This document shows, piece after piece, positions 27,118 through 36,306 of a stretch of DNA of 64,000 nt. The translations under genes and the position numbers were made by a program. A model generated the notes under the pieces. It did no database searches. It was not told where the DNA came from and saw nothing but the letters and a program-made list of their open reading frames with translations. The stretch covers positions 12,798-76,797 of the forward strand of contig JBLNAY010000203.1 in assembly GCA_050259715.1 (NCBI GenBank). The letters are read 5' to 3'. Numbering within the stretch: the first letter of the stretch is position 1; each line of letters starts with the position of its first letter. The stretch comes from Candidatus Dadabacteria bacterium (GTDB lineage: Bacteria; Bacteroidota; Bacteroidia; Chitinophagales; Chitinophagaceae).

Positions 27118-28071
27118 TTAAGAGTTTTTGTTTTGAGTAGCTTTTTTCAGACGATTAATCGTTTTTTTATTAACTGTGAATATAGTTCCATGTTTATGTC
27201 CCATGGGCAAACTAACCTGTTGTGTTGCATCAATGAATGTTTTAAAATCTTTTGTCTTTTTTGCACCGAAGATCTTATCCCTATATTGATCATAATAAAT
27301 GAGAAATTCATTATTTACTTTGGCAGCAGTAGGTCCCTCTGAAAAAGCAGGAGTGAAAGGTTCTGAAGGTTTGGTGAAAGGCCCCAAAGGATTTTTTGCA
27401 AAAGCAACACGGATGTTTCTGAATGGCCGAGTATTATCCTTCAATAGCAAAACATAATCATTCTTACTTCTCTTGATAATTTCACAATCGATGACACTAA
27501 AGCCCGGATCAAGGAACAACTTTGTATCAGAAAATGTTTTAAAATCCTTTGTAATTGTGTAATACATCCGGTGGTTGTTATTCTCATCCTCCTGTCCTTT
27601 TGGAAACCGGAAAGGTATCGTTGAGGCCCATGTGATAATAAACTGTTTGTTATCATCATCATAGAACAGTTCCGGCGCCCAAACATTTACAGTCTCTGGT
27701 TCCCTTTGCATCACCGGTATTGCTCTTTGTTCTGACCAGTGTATAAGGTCTTTTGAGCTGGCATAACCAAATGATTTTGACCCCTTCCAGGCACTGGTAA
27801 ATACGAGGTGGTACGTTCCATCAGGCCCTTTTACAATAGATGGATCACGCATTACTTTATCGTCGACTGTGGGTCTGAGGAAACTTGTATCAAAATCTTT
27901 CCAGTGATAACCATCATAACTAAATGCTAACCGTAAACCGTCTGTTGCAGGTTCCCGGAATGTTGAAAATAAGTAAGCTTTCTGGTGACAAGAGACTGAT
28001 GTACTCAACAGAAAGAATCCAATCCATATTTTTGAAACAAACCTCATTACCAGAATTAATTTACTTTTCAA
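27118..28071 (-). CDS. GH43-like five-bladed beta-propeller lipoprotein (candidate alpha-L-arabinofuranosidase, BT1021-like)
   Basis: Lipobox-like SVSC; MRDPSI, WAPE, SVIDCEI and SEGPT motifs. Confidence 0.75.
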   Translation of the reverse strand: MKSKLILVMRFVSKIWIGFFLLSTSVSCHQKAYLFSTFREPATDGLRLAFSYDGYHWKDFDTSFLRPTVDDKVMRDPSIVKGPDGTYHLVFTSAWKGSKSFGYASSKDLIHWSEQRAIPVMQREPETVNVWAPELFYDDDNKQFIITWASTIPFRFPKGQEDENNNHRMYYTITKDFKTFSDTKLFLDPGFSVIDCEIIKRSKNDYVLLLKDNTRPFRNIRVAFAKNPLGPFTKPSEPFTPAFSEGPTAAKVNNEFLIYYDQYRDKIFGAKKTKDFKTFIDATQQVSLPMGHKHGTIFTVNKKTINRLKKATQNKNS

Positions 28072-29482
28072 GGATTAACACCCAATCATTTCCTTCCCTT
28101 GTTTTACCTGGTGGATCAAAGGCTTGAATACCTTTATTCTTAAACACTCCAATTGCTTTCCTGCTTCCATCCTTAGGACTATACCAGGTTGCTTTTACAT
28201 TAGATCCAATGATTTTGCCCATCACCACACTAAAAGGTCTGCCGGTATAATCATAAAAAAACGCATAATCTTTCCCACGAGTTGCTGCTATATAATCATA
28301 CTTATGGCCCTGGTTACCTGCTATTAAAGTTTGATCTGGTACCCGCTCGAAATATGGTTTTGACATGATCAGTTTTTTCAAATAGATCATCTGGTTCGCA
28401 CCACTATCATTTATTGCAGTATACCAGTACTTCTTAGAGCCATAAGCACTTCCTTTATCTGTCGGTTTGTGCATCTGCATCACACTATTATGACCATAGG
28501 TGTGACCTGCAGCACCTGCGAAAACTGACCAGTAGGCATATCTTCTAACATCTGGTGCCTGCCAGTAAGGTTTGGTGGTATCATGAAGACCATGCGGAAT
28601 GAGTTCATAAGATGGTTCAGCATCGAGCGAAGGCTTCACAGGTTTTAAGTTGTAATCAATTTGAAGAAATTTATAATTATCAGGGCCAAACTGGTGTTCT
28701 CCATTTGAAGTATCCAGGTCATAACTCCTGTGACCTGATTGAAACATATTGAAATCCAACCATGGCTCATTATGGAACCACTGGCTAGAAGTTGTTCTTC
28801 CAAAAGGATGAAAAGTTACCAGGTGGTTTTTATCATTCGCTTTTAAGGTCCTGCCAATAATTTTCCATGTTTCAAGTGAGTCAATAGGTTTGATATCACC
28901 GCCATTCACCCATATTATATTCCATTTATTCCTGTACCTGTCCGCCAGCCATTTTGCATAGCTACGTGCTTCCTCCCTGCTTACAAGGCCACTTTTCACA
29001 TTTGACCCCCATACAGGTACCATAGCCATGTAAATACCTTTTTTAGCTGCCAGGTCAACAATATAATCAACATGATCCCAGAAGTCATATTCTTTTGCTG
29101 AAGAAAATGAAGTGCCGGGTGTACTAAGTGGTGTTGCTACATTCTTGTTAATTAATGCTGAATCACCATAAGCATTTACAGCGCCCACAGTATGGAGTAC
29201 CATCACCTGGATGACATTAAAACCTTTTTTTCTCCTGTTTTCTAAATATTTCTCCGCTTCTTGCCTATTCAATTTTGCAAACAACAACCAACCAGTATCA
29301 CCTAACCAAAAGAAAGGTTCACCATTGTCATTTTCAAGATACCGGTGATTTTTAGAGACTGACAGTTTTCTTCCGTTGCTGTTCTGTGCAGATACACAAA
29401 TAGTCAACAAGAATAAACCAGCTGTTAATAAAAGAATTTTATTCAATGCTTTTGCCATCAGACTCCTGGTTTGTTTTAACAC
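28061..29482 (-). CDS. GH140 apiosidase (DUF4038 plus collagen-binding-like C-terminal domain)
   Basis: FFWLGDTGW, WVNGGD, DFNMFQSGH, DAEPSYE and GHTYG motifs. The start is probably at 29458 (MAKAL). Confidence 0.88.
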   Translation of the reverse strand: MLKQTRSLMAKALNKILLLTAGLFLLTICVSAQNSNGRKLSVSKNHRYLENDNGEPFFWLGDTGWLLFAKLNRQEAEKYLENRRKKGFNVIQVMVLHTVGAVNAYGDSALINKNVATPLSTPGTSFSSAKEYDFWDHVDYIVDLAAKKGIYMAMVPVWGSNVKSGLVSREEARSYAKWLADRYRNKWNIIWVNGGDIKPIDSLETWKIIGRTLKANDKNHLVTFHPFGRTTSSQWFHNEPWLDFNMFQSGHRSYDLDTSNGEHQFGPDNYKFLQIDYNLKPVKPSLDAEPSYELIPHGLHDTTKPYWQAPDVRRYAYWSVFAGAAGHTYGHNSVMQMHKPTDKGSAYGSKKYWYTAINDSGANQMIYLKKLIMSKPYFERVPDQTLIAGNQGHKYDYIAATRGKDYAFFYDYTGRPFSVVMGKIIGSNVKATWYSPKDGSRKAIGVFKNKGIQAFDPPGKTREGNDWVLILEK

Positions 29483-32400
29483 TCAACCATGCCACTACAG
29501 GTGTTTGTTGAGGAGATTTAATATCTAGAATATTATTTAATGTAATATCGGTTTTACTAAATTGTAATCCTGTTTTCGGATCTATAAAGTAAAGGGTATA
29601 TTTACCTGGTTTAACATTAATTTGAATGTTATTAGCATTGCTGTTATAGATAATATAGCCATTCGATCCTTCTAATATATATTGTCCTGAACTTCCTGGA
29701 AATGATTTCATTGAAGAGGCAGCAGCCAGCAATAAAGAATCCACTTTGGGTAGTACAGGTAAAGATCCACCAGCCATTAACACCGCCCAACCAAATTGAT
29801 CATAACTTTCGCCTGAATAAATCACTGCTTTTAAGGGAAACTTTTGCTTGTATTCATTTACCGCACGGTACACCTGTTCGAAAGAAGTTCTCTTTGGATG
29901 AAGAAGCCGGGCGTGCTGACGGGGTGCAAGGTTCTGTCCACCGTTAGGGGCGTAAGTGTTGCCATCTTCCTGGTAATGCCAATATCGAATATCAATCAGA
30001 TCAATAACTGCAGCTCGTGCCGGATCTGAAAGTATAGAATCCTGTACATCCTTAGTTGTGCTCAACCCTATGATTTCTCTTTTGCCTGTCTCTTTTTCCC
30101 ATTGCTTAATCACATCCAACCAGAACTGAACAAAATTTAATGGACCGGTATATTCTGCACTTATTAACTGTATGACACCAGAATTATCTTTAAAGTTGTC
30201 GAGACACTTCCTTATATAAGCTGTATGTAAATTTCTCCTGGCTGGATTAGTAACGTCATAAAATTGCTCTGCCATGAAGAGCCGCTTGTCTCCGGCATAG
30301 TTTACTGGCTCAGGGAAGCCGGTACTATTAATGTTGTTCGCCGTACGCCAAGGGAAATCTGCATAGTGAGCACCCGCTTCAATTATATTATGCTGGAAAT
30401 AATTATGATGTACCAGTAATAACGATTTTTGATCTGCCAGGTCGGCAAACTTTTTTAAACGATCCCAGTACCAGGTATTGTACTTTGTAAGATCATATTT
30501 ACTTAGTCCATCCCAGGCGGTATCCTTGCCACTACGGGCAAAAGGCAATTCATAAAATGGTGGCCATACTTCACCATCCATTCTCCTGATTCTTTCATGA
30601 TCATCCCGGCGACGATCATACCATAAACCATAATTATGTTCTAATCCAACCAAATTGCTTCTCTGCATTTGATCCGTAAGACTATCCAGGTCATCCGTTA
30701 ATCCCTGCCCGGTTCTGCCGGCAACAAAACGTGTTATATGCGGTTTCATAGATGGAAGATCCTTTGGTTGTATGCTTCCATTCCACCATGGCACTTCCTG
30801 CCTTTTTCCACTAACAACTGTATTGCGACGCACTATCCATCCATTCGCTATATGCATCGCAGGAGCTTTTTTCACCTGGTATGCTTCATGTATTCCAATC
30901 ACATCAATCGATGGCGCTGCACCGGCAGTAATTGGAAGCTTTATATCATTTGTCACTTCATCAATCCAATCATACAATCGTGGAGCAGGTGAGTATGCTT
31001 TTTTGGTCAATGCCATTGCAACATTCACAGGTGGACTGCTGGAGGCTTCTGTTTCAATTGGTAGTATATACGCTCGTTTCAAAACAGCTGATCCAAGCCT
31101 TTCAGACAATTGAGCATAATACAAGCTTCTTGGCTGTATTTGTTCATTGGAACTTTCCCAATAACCATCTCCGGCAAATTGTGCCCATGATCCAAATGAA
31201 TAGTTATTAGCTGTTGGTGGTTTATAACAATCTATACGTGCAGCAGTACACTGATAAAAAACAGAATTAGCTGCACTCCATCCAGCACCTTGCCCATCCT
31301 GTTCCCTGTTGCCAAAACGTAAAGCATTCCCGTCAACATTTACAATATCAAATAAAACACCGGATGCCCAGCTATCTATTGTACCACTGAAATTATACGG
31401 GCGAACAGACAGGCATTGTACAAATGCATTCGGACCGGGAGCACAGAATCCAACAGCAAAATCATGGTAGCCATTTTCAGCATAACATCTCTGTATTAAT
31501 GTTTGCTGTCCAAGTGTGTAAAATGAATAACGCCTTTGGCCACCAATTTCTGAAACAGGTGCCAACGACTTACAATCTTCAATGGTCACTCTTTTCGTCC
31601 ATGGTAACACCATTACTGCTGATCCTGCGAAATGTTTAAAATTTATTTCTCTTACCCATGCATCCGCTACATTCTCAAGAGTTATTGCCATCCAACGGTG
31701 CGCTTCATCCTTAAGATTGTTTTTGTCATATTCTGATTCTAAAGAGAGATTCTCGATGCCAATATTCTGAATTCTACCCGGCCACTCCAATTTAGCTATT
31801 GTACCGCCGCCATATGTTGCATCTAAAGCAGTAGTTAATGGTACATCCAAAGTAATTTCGTTTCCATTTACTGCTGAAATAGTACGTTCAAAATAAATGT
31901 CTCTTTCTCCTGGCTTCCAACCAAGGGCACTGATGCCACCCCCGAATGTCTGTGTTCCAAGAACGTTGATCCATGCAGCTGTCGAAGGCCTATGTACTAT
32001 AACATTATCGCCAACATTCAACGAACCTTTTGTCTCGACATGGATTTTCGTTGCATTTACAGGCAAATAATTATCAGTTATTGCTATTTCAGCACTTGTT
32101 GTTTTATCAGTGTTTCCAAATACCCGTATTAATGTCTCCCTGTCTTTACCAGCACCAATAATAATTGTTCCGCCCGGCCCTACTCCACTTCCTCTGAGGA
32201 TAACTCCGGATGACCGGATCTTTAATCCACCATTAATTAAATATGTTCCTTTTTGTAATAAAACAGCACCTCTAAAACCTTTTGAATCTACAGGTAAAGA
32301 ACTTACATAATCAATTGCGGATTGAAGACGTGCAGTAGCGTCCCCTTTTGATATGGGTACAAACACCTTAACAGGGACAAGTGGAATGTCAATATCTGAA

Positions 32401-32618
32401 GCTGCATATCCGCAGTATGAAAAATCAGGAATTCGATTACCAAGAGAATCGGCTTTATACTCAATCTTTCCTTTTGTAATTGTTAATGGCGAAACGGTTT
32501 TCGGTTTTTGTGCATCAACAACGAAGGAGTTAAAAAGGGAAAAAAGGAAAACTCCCAAAAAGAGCAAAGGACGCCTACTGGACGTCCTAAAATTCTTTAC
32601 AAATTGAAAATTCTTCAC
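29439..32618 (-). CDS. Two-module secreted protein: N-terminal pectate-lyase-3-like beta-helix plus DUF6298 TIM-barrel-like module
   Basis: IPDFSYCGY, LQSAID and GVILRGSG beta-helix motifs; C-terminal half with DHERIRRMDG, HNIIEAGAH and DIRYW. Confidence 0.7.
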   Translation of the reverse strand: MKNFQFVKNFRTSSRRPLLFLGVFLFSLFNSFVVDAQKPKTVSPLTITKGKIEYKADSLGNRIPDFSYCGYAASDIDIPLVPVKVFVPISKGDATARLQSAIDYVSSLPVDSKGFRGAVLLQKGTYLINGGLKIRSSGVILRGSGVGPGGTIIIGAGKDRETLIRVFGNTDKTTSAEIAITDNYLPVNATKIHVETKGSLNVGDNVIVHRPSTAAWINVLGTQTFGGGISALGWKPGERDIYFERTISAVNGNEITLDVPLTTALDATYGGGTIAKLEWPGRIQNIGIENLSLESEYDKNNLKDEAHRWMAITLENVADAWVREINFKHFAGSAVMVLPWTKRVTIEDCKSLAPVSEIGGQRRYSFYTLGQQTLIQRCYAENGYHDFAVGFCAPGPNAFVQCLSVRPYNFSGTIDSWASGVLFDIVNVDGNALRFGNREQDGQGAGWSAANSVFYQCTAARIDCYKPPTANNYSFGSWAQFAGDGYWESSNEQIQPRSLYYAQLSERLGSAVLKRAYILPIETEASSSPPVNVAMALTKKAYSPAPRLYDWIDEVTNDIKLPITAGAAPSIDVIGIHEAYQVKKAPAMHIANGWIVRRNTVVSGKRQEVPWWNGSIQPKDLPSMKPHITRFVAGRTGQGLTDDLDSLTDQMQRSNLVGLEHNYGLWYDRRRDDHERIRRMDGEVWPPFYELPFARSGKDTAWDGLSKYDLTKYNTWYWDRLKKFADLADQKSLLLVHHNYFQHNIIEAGAHYADFPWRTANNINSTGFPEPVNYAGDKRLFMAEQFYDVTNPARRNLHTAYIRKCLDNFKDNSGVIQLISAEYTGPLNFVQFWLDVIKQWEKETGKREIIGLSTTKDVQDSILSDPARAAVIDLIDIRYWHYQEDGNTYAPNGGQNLAPRQHARLLHPKRTSFEQVYRAVNEYKQKFPLKAVIYSGESYDQFGWAVLMAGGSLPVLPKVDSLLLAAASSMKSFPGSSGQYILEGSNGYIIYNSNANNIQINVKPGKYTLYFIDPKTGLQFSKTDITLNNILDIKSPQQTPVVAWLSVKTNQESDGKSIE

Positions 32619-32655
32619 GTAGGAAAATGGATTTTATTGATAATAAATCTATTCC

Positions 32656-34314
32656 TCAATTAAGAGATAATAATGGTTTACTTACAACTGGTGCTACCGT
32701 TTTAACATCAACAAGGCCATTCAGGTAATGTTCAATATTGGAGTATCCATCTTTTCTAATAACTGAGGCATCAGCAGCATTCCTGGGATTTAATCCATTC
32801 TTTGCTTCATAATCATCCGGCATACCATCATTGTCGGAATCCTTATAAGGAGTTCCCTTGTATGTAGGATAACCGCCTACCTGCGAAGGATCAGTGATAA
32901 TGCCTATCTTGTAAGAATCAATCGGTAAACGCCTATGTTTAAACTGTGTAGCTGGTAATTTCACCCCTTCCTTATAATTGATTTTTCCAGTCCTCACTTG
33001 TTCCACAATACGTCGATCCACTGCGTCCCTAACCGGAAGAATAGCTCCAACATTATTCAACACATAATCATGCGCCTGTTGTGCAGGAACAATAGTCATT
33101 TGCGGCATAGGTAATGGCTTATTTACCTTCATATAGTCCGTGTATTTATCTGTATTTGGTAACTCTTCCACCTGGACACCTCCATTCCAGTTATCTTTTG
33201 TGATTTCAGGATAACCTTCCATAATATTACCATTGACATAAGCGCGTCCAAATACGAGGTACTTTAATTTGCTTCTACCCGATTCAGGTTTAAGTATTCT
33301 ATGACCAACAGCTGTATTTTTAGGTGTTGCGGGCCCTGGCTTGAAATAGTTATTAATAATATTAAACTGTGCTCTATAATCACCCCCATCAACAGAGCGG
33401 TGGACCCAGTTAAATACAATATTATTGGCAAAATTGAAAATGCCATTCCAACCTACAGAAGGATTACGACCGGTGTTATCCGCCCATAAGTTCCGCATAA
33501 AACTACAATTCTCTCCACCCAGTGTACTTCCAAATGCGTGGTTCCAGGTATCGAGTGATTCTGAGAAGATTGAATTCTGTATTGTAATATTAGCTGTACC
33601 CATCTTTTCTTCAATCTTGCCGGTACTGTCGTTGTACATATGACGGTACATGGACATATTCTCGTCCAATCCCCAACTGGCAGAGACATGATCAATCATA
33701 ATATTTCCAACAGGATTCCCACCGATAGCATCATCTCTCCTGCCCACATTGGTTTCACCACGGCGAAAACGCATAAAACGTATGATTACATCATGGGTAT
33801 TTACCCATACGGTTTCTCCTGCAATACAAACGCCGTCACCTGGTGCTGATTGACCTGCGATCGTGAGATATGGTGCCCTGATAATTACAGGCGTTTTTAA
33901 CCGGATAATTCCAGCAACATTAAAGACTATAGTACGGGCGCCACCTTGTTCACATGCCCAACGGAAACTTCCCGGGCCATCATCATTTAGGTTAGTGACA
34001 ACAATCACTCTTCCACCACGACCACCAAAGCTGTATTTACCACCTCCTTCTGCACCGGGGAAAGCTGGTACTTCTGCCTGCGGAAGATCCGTAGGCCTCG
34101 TTCCCCATGGAATGTAAGGCTTACCCTTTTTAGCTTCTGCATCAATAATAGGTAAGGCTTTTGCCCATGCCTCATCTGAATGTTTTGTTGCTGCTGTCAT
34201 TAAACTGTCCGCCCACGCTTTAGTTTCTGCCGGCACATCAGGATATTGGGCAAAAGCTGCATTCGACAAACCTATTAAAGCTGCACAAGTGGTAATAAAT
34301 AAGCTGTTTCTCAT
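32656..34314 (-). CDS. Pectate lyase PL1 (BT1023-like)
   Basis: AFPGAEGGG, GRGG, IAGQSAPG.G, DHVSASWGLDE and GRNP motifs; C-terminal DSDNDGMPD Ca-binding loop. Confidence 0.88.
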   Translation of the reverse strand: MRNSLFITTCAALIGLSNAAFAQYPDVPAETKAWADSLMTAATKHSDEAWAKALPIIDAEAKKGKPYIPWGTRPTDLPQAEVPAFPGAEGGGKYSFGGRGGRVIVVTNLNDDGPGSFRWACEQGGARTIVFNVAGIIRLKTPVIIRAPYLTIAGQSAPGDGVCIAGETVWVNTHDVIIRFMRFRRGETNVGRRDDAIGGNPVGNIMIDHVSASWGLDENMSMYRHMYNDSTGKIEEKMGTANITIQNSIFSESLDTWNHAFGSTLGGENCSFMRNLWADNTGRNPSVGWNGIFNFANNIVFNWVHRSVDGGDYRAQFNIINNYFKPGPATPKNTAVGHRILKPESGRSKLKYLVFGRAYVNGNIMEGYPEITKDNWNGGVQVEELPNTDKYTDYMKVNKPLPMPQMTIVPAQQAHDYVLNNVGAILPVRDAVDRRIVEQVRTGKINYKEGVKLPATQFKHRRLPIDSYKIGIITDPSQVGGYPTYKGTPYKDSDNDGMPDDYEAKNGLNPRNAADASVIRKDGYSNIEHYLNGLVDVKTVAPVVSKPLLSLN

Positions 34315-34337
34315 GATCTCTGTTTCAACATTTAATT

Positions 34338-34370
34338 AAAAAATGAAGGGGAGACATTCTCCCCTTTTTT
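34338..34370 (-). terminator. Intrinsic terminator downstream of susD
   Basis: 9-bp perfect stem AAGGGGAGA (34346-54) / TCTCCCCTT (34358-66) with a 3-nt loop and A/T tracts on both sides. It starts just after the susD stop at 34372. Confidence 0.8.
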
Positions 34371-34371
34371 A

Positions 34372-36291
34372 CTATTGTAATGGGTCGAATGTACCACCCC
34401 ACGTATTGTTTTGTTGAAGATTTGGATTATTGGTAATGGCAGCCAATGGAATTGGGAAAAAGTAATAACTAGGTTGCCAATTGATGAATTTAGAATCCAG
34501 GTTTGTAGTAGAATTCACAGCTTTAGCATCATTGTTTACAGTAACTGTAAAATAGTTAGTATACATATTATCTAAATCCTGTACATCCCTGTATTTTGGA
34601 TTGGTAGGATTTGAAAGTTCTGCTGCCGTAGGTATGCCTGTTCCAGTCTTTAATGTAATCCTGACCTTATTTCTACGGGTACCATTTAATGTACTTTCAA
34701 CCAATTTCCAACGTCTTAAATCCCAGAAACGTTTTCCTTCAAATGCAAACTCTATTTGTCTTTCCTTAAGAATAGCAGTAAATAACTGCGAGCGGCTCAT
34801 TCCGGCATCAAGACCATATAGGCCATTAGTTCCGGCTTCAATCCCTGCTCTTTTCCTTACAGCAATCAAACCTGTGTAACCTTCATCAGCAGCCCCGGTT
34901 TTATTAATACCTACTGCACTTTCTGCTAAATTCAACAGCACTTCAGCATATCGGATCTCGATCCAGTCCAAACCGCTATACTGTTCATCATTGTTTGTAT
35001 AAGAACCCTCAGAAATGGCTTTTCTAGTATAAAAACCTGTATTTGAAGCTGCACCGCTTACAAAATTAGTTTCGGTCGACTTGCTTGAAGTCTCATAATA
35101 AGTCCATATTCTTTGATTCGCATTGTTATTTAAAGGCCATGTAGCTCCATTGTAAGCAATAGTTGCATCAAAACGAGGATCCCTGTTTTTGTAAAATAAC
35201 TGATCGGAATAAGAATACTTACCTGTTGCATCACCTGGCATTTTACCATCTTTCATTGGATAAGCCTTCACTAATTCCCAGGTAGGTTGATTGGATCCAC
35301 CACCGGTTAGCGTTGGATTCAAATACCGTGGACGTGTTGACTTTTCCCATCCATTGTTCTTTTTAGTCTGATCCGTTGTTACATTGTTGTACTCTGTAAC
35401 CATGACAGCCTCCGGGTTATTCACTTCAGTAAACCACAAGTTTTTATAAGCCGCAGCACCACCAGTCTGGAATAACCCAAATCCGTTTGCATCAAGAATT
35501 TGTTTTGCTTTTACATTAGCATCGTAAGCGGCTTGCCATCTTGACGCCTGATCATTAGGATTAAACTGTGGGCTCGCATAGTATAGCAAAGCTCTTCCTT
35601 TTAAAGCAGCAGCTGCACCACTGGTAATGCGTCCCCAGGCAGCACTTGCCCATTTTCCAGGCAGATTTGAAGTTGCATAATCAAGATCGGCCACAATTTG
35701 ATTCATACATTCGGCTGTGGTATTTCTTGGCAGTAATGCAGCATCCTTTGCTTCCTGGCCAACTCCCTCTAATGGCTCCAGAATTAACGGAACACCGCCA
35801 TAGATTCTTACGAGATCCCAATAACGGAATGCTCTGAAAAATCTTGCCTGTGCTTCAAACCTTGCCTTTGTACCCTCAGGTAAAGTACTCTTCCTGATTG
35901 ATTGAATAAAAGTATTCAACTGCCGAATCTTACCCCAATTGTTACCCGGCACTGTGGCATTGGTATTCAAACTGGTACCAAAATCATTGATCTCACTGCT
36001 TGACACTGTGATAGTACCTTCAAGGATAGGACTCATTGTGCTGCTATAAGACTCTTCTGTCAACTGTGGTTGTACACCACTTAATGCACTACCCGTATTT
36101 TGTCCGCCCCAGGTAGGAAGGTTCACATCATAAATAGCATCCATGTTCAGCTGCACCAGATTAGAATCGTTAAATACAAGTTCTGGTGTCAGTTTGGTCA
36201 GATCTTGCTTATCCAGAACCTTATTGCAGGCGGTCAATGCGACGAGGCCCGTGATTCCGGAAACAGCAAAAATTATTTTAATAGCTTTCAT
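34372..36291 (-). CDS. susD: RagB/SusD family outer-membrane lipoprotein
   Basis: Lipobox LTAC; RAFRYWDLVRIYGGVPL, EIRYAEVLLNLAE and ERQIEFAFEGKRFWDLRRW motifs. Confidence 0.96.
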   Translation of the reverse strand: MKAIKIIFAVSGITGLVALTACNKVLDKQDLTKLTPELVFNDSNLVQLNMDAIYDVNLPTWGGQNTGSALSGVQPQLTEESYSSTMSPILEGTITVSSSEINDFGTSLNTNATVPGNNWGKIRQLNTFIQSIRKSTLPEGTKARFEAQARFFRAFRYWDLVRIYGGVPLILEPLEGVGQEAKDAALLPRNTTAECMNQIVADLDYATSNLPGKWASAAWGRITSGAAAALKGRALLYYASPQFNPNDQASRWQAAYDANVKAKQILDANGFGLFQTGGAAAYKNLWFTEVNNPEAVMVTEYNNVTTDQTKKNNGWEKSTRPRYLNPTLTGGGSNQPTWELVKAYPMKDGKMPGDATGKYSYSDQLFYKNRDPRFDATIAYNGATWPLNNNANQRIWTYYETSSKSTETNFVSGAASNTGFYTRKAISEGSYTNNDEQYSGLDWIEIRYAEVLLNLAESAVGINKTGAADEGYTGLIAVRKRAGIEAGTNGLYGLDAGMSRSQLFTAILKERQIEFAFEGKRFWDLRRWKLVESTLNGTRRNKVRITLKTGTGIPTAAELSNPTNPKYRDVQDLDNMYTNYFTVTVNNDAKAVNSTTNLDSKFINWQPSYYFFPIPLAAITNNPNLQQNNTWGGTFDPLQ

Positions 36292-36306
36292 TATAATTAA
36301 TTTGAA

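Noticed and set aside
32809-32841. DSDNDGMPD / DTDKDGMPD motifs as separate EF-hand or thrombospondin proteins
   Set aside because: These are common C-terminal Ca-binding loops of Bacteroidota PL1 enzymes, not independent features.
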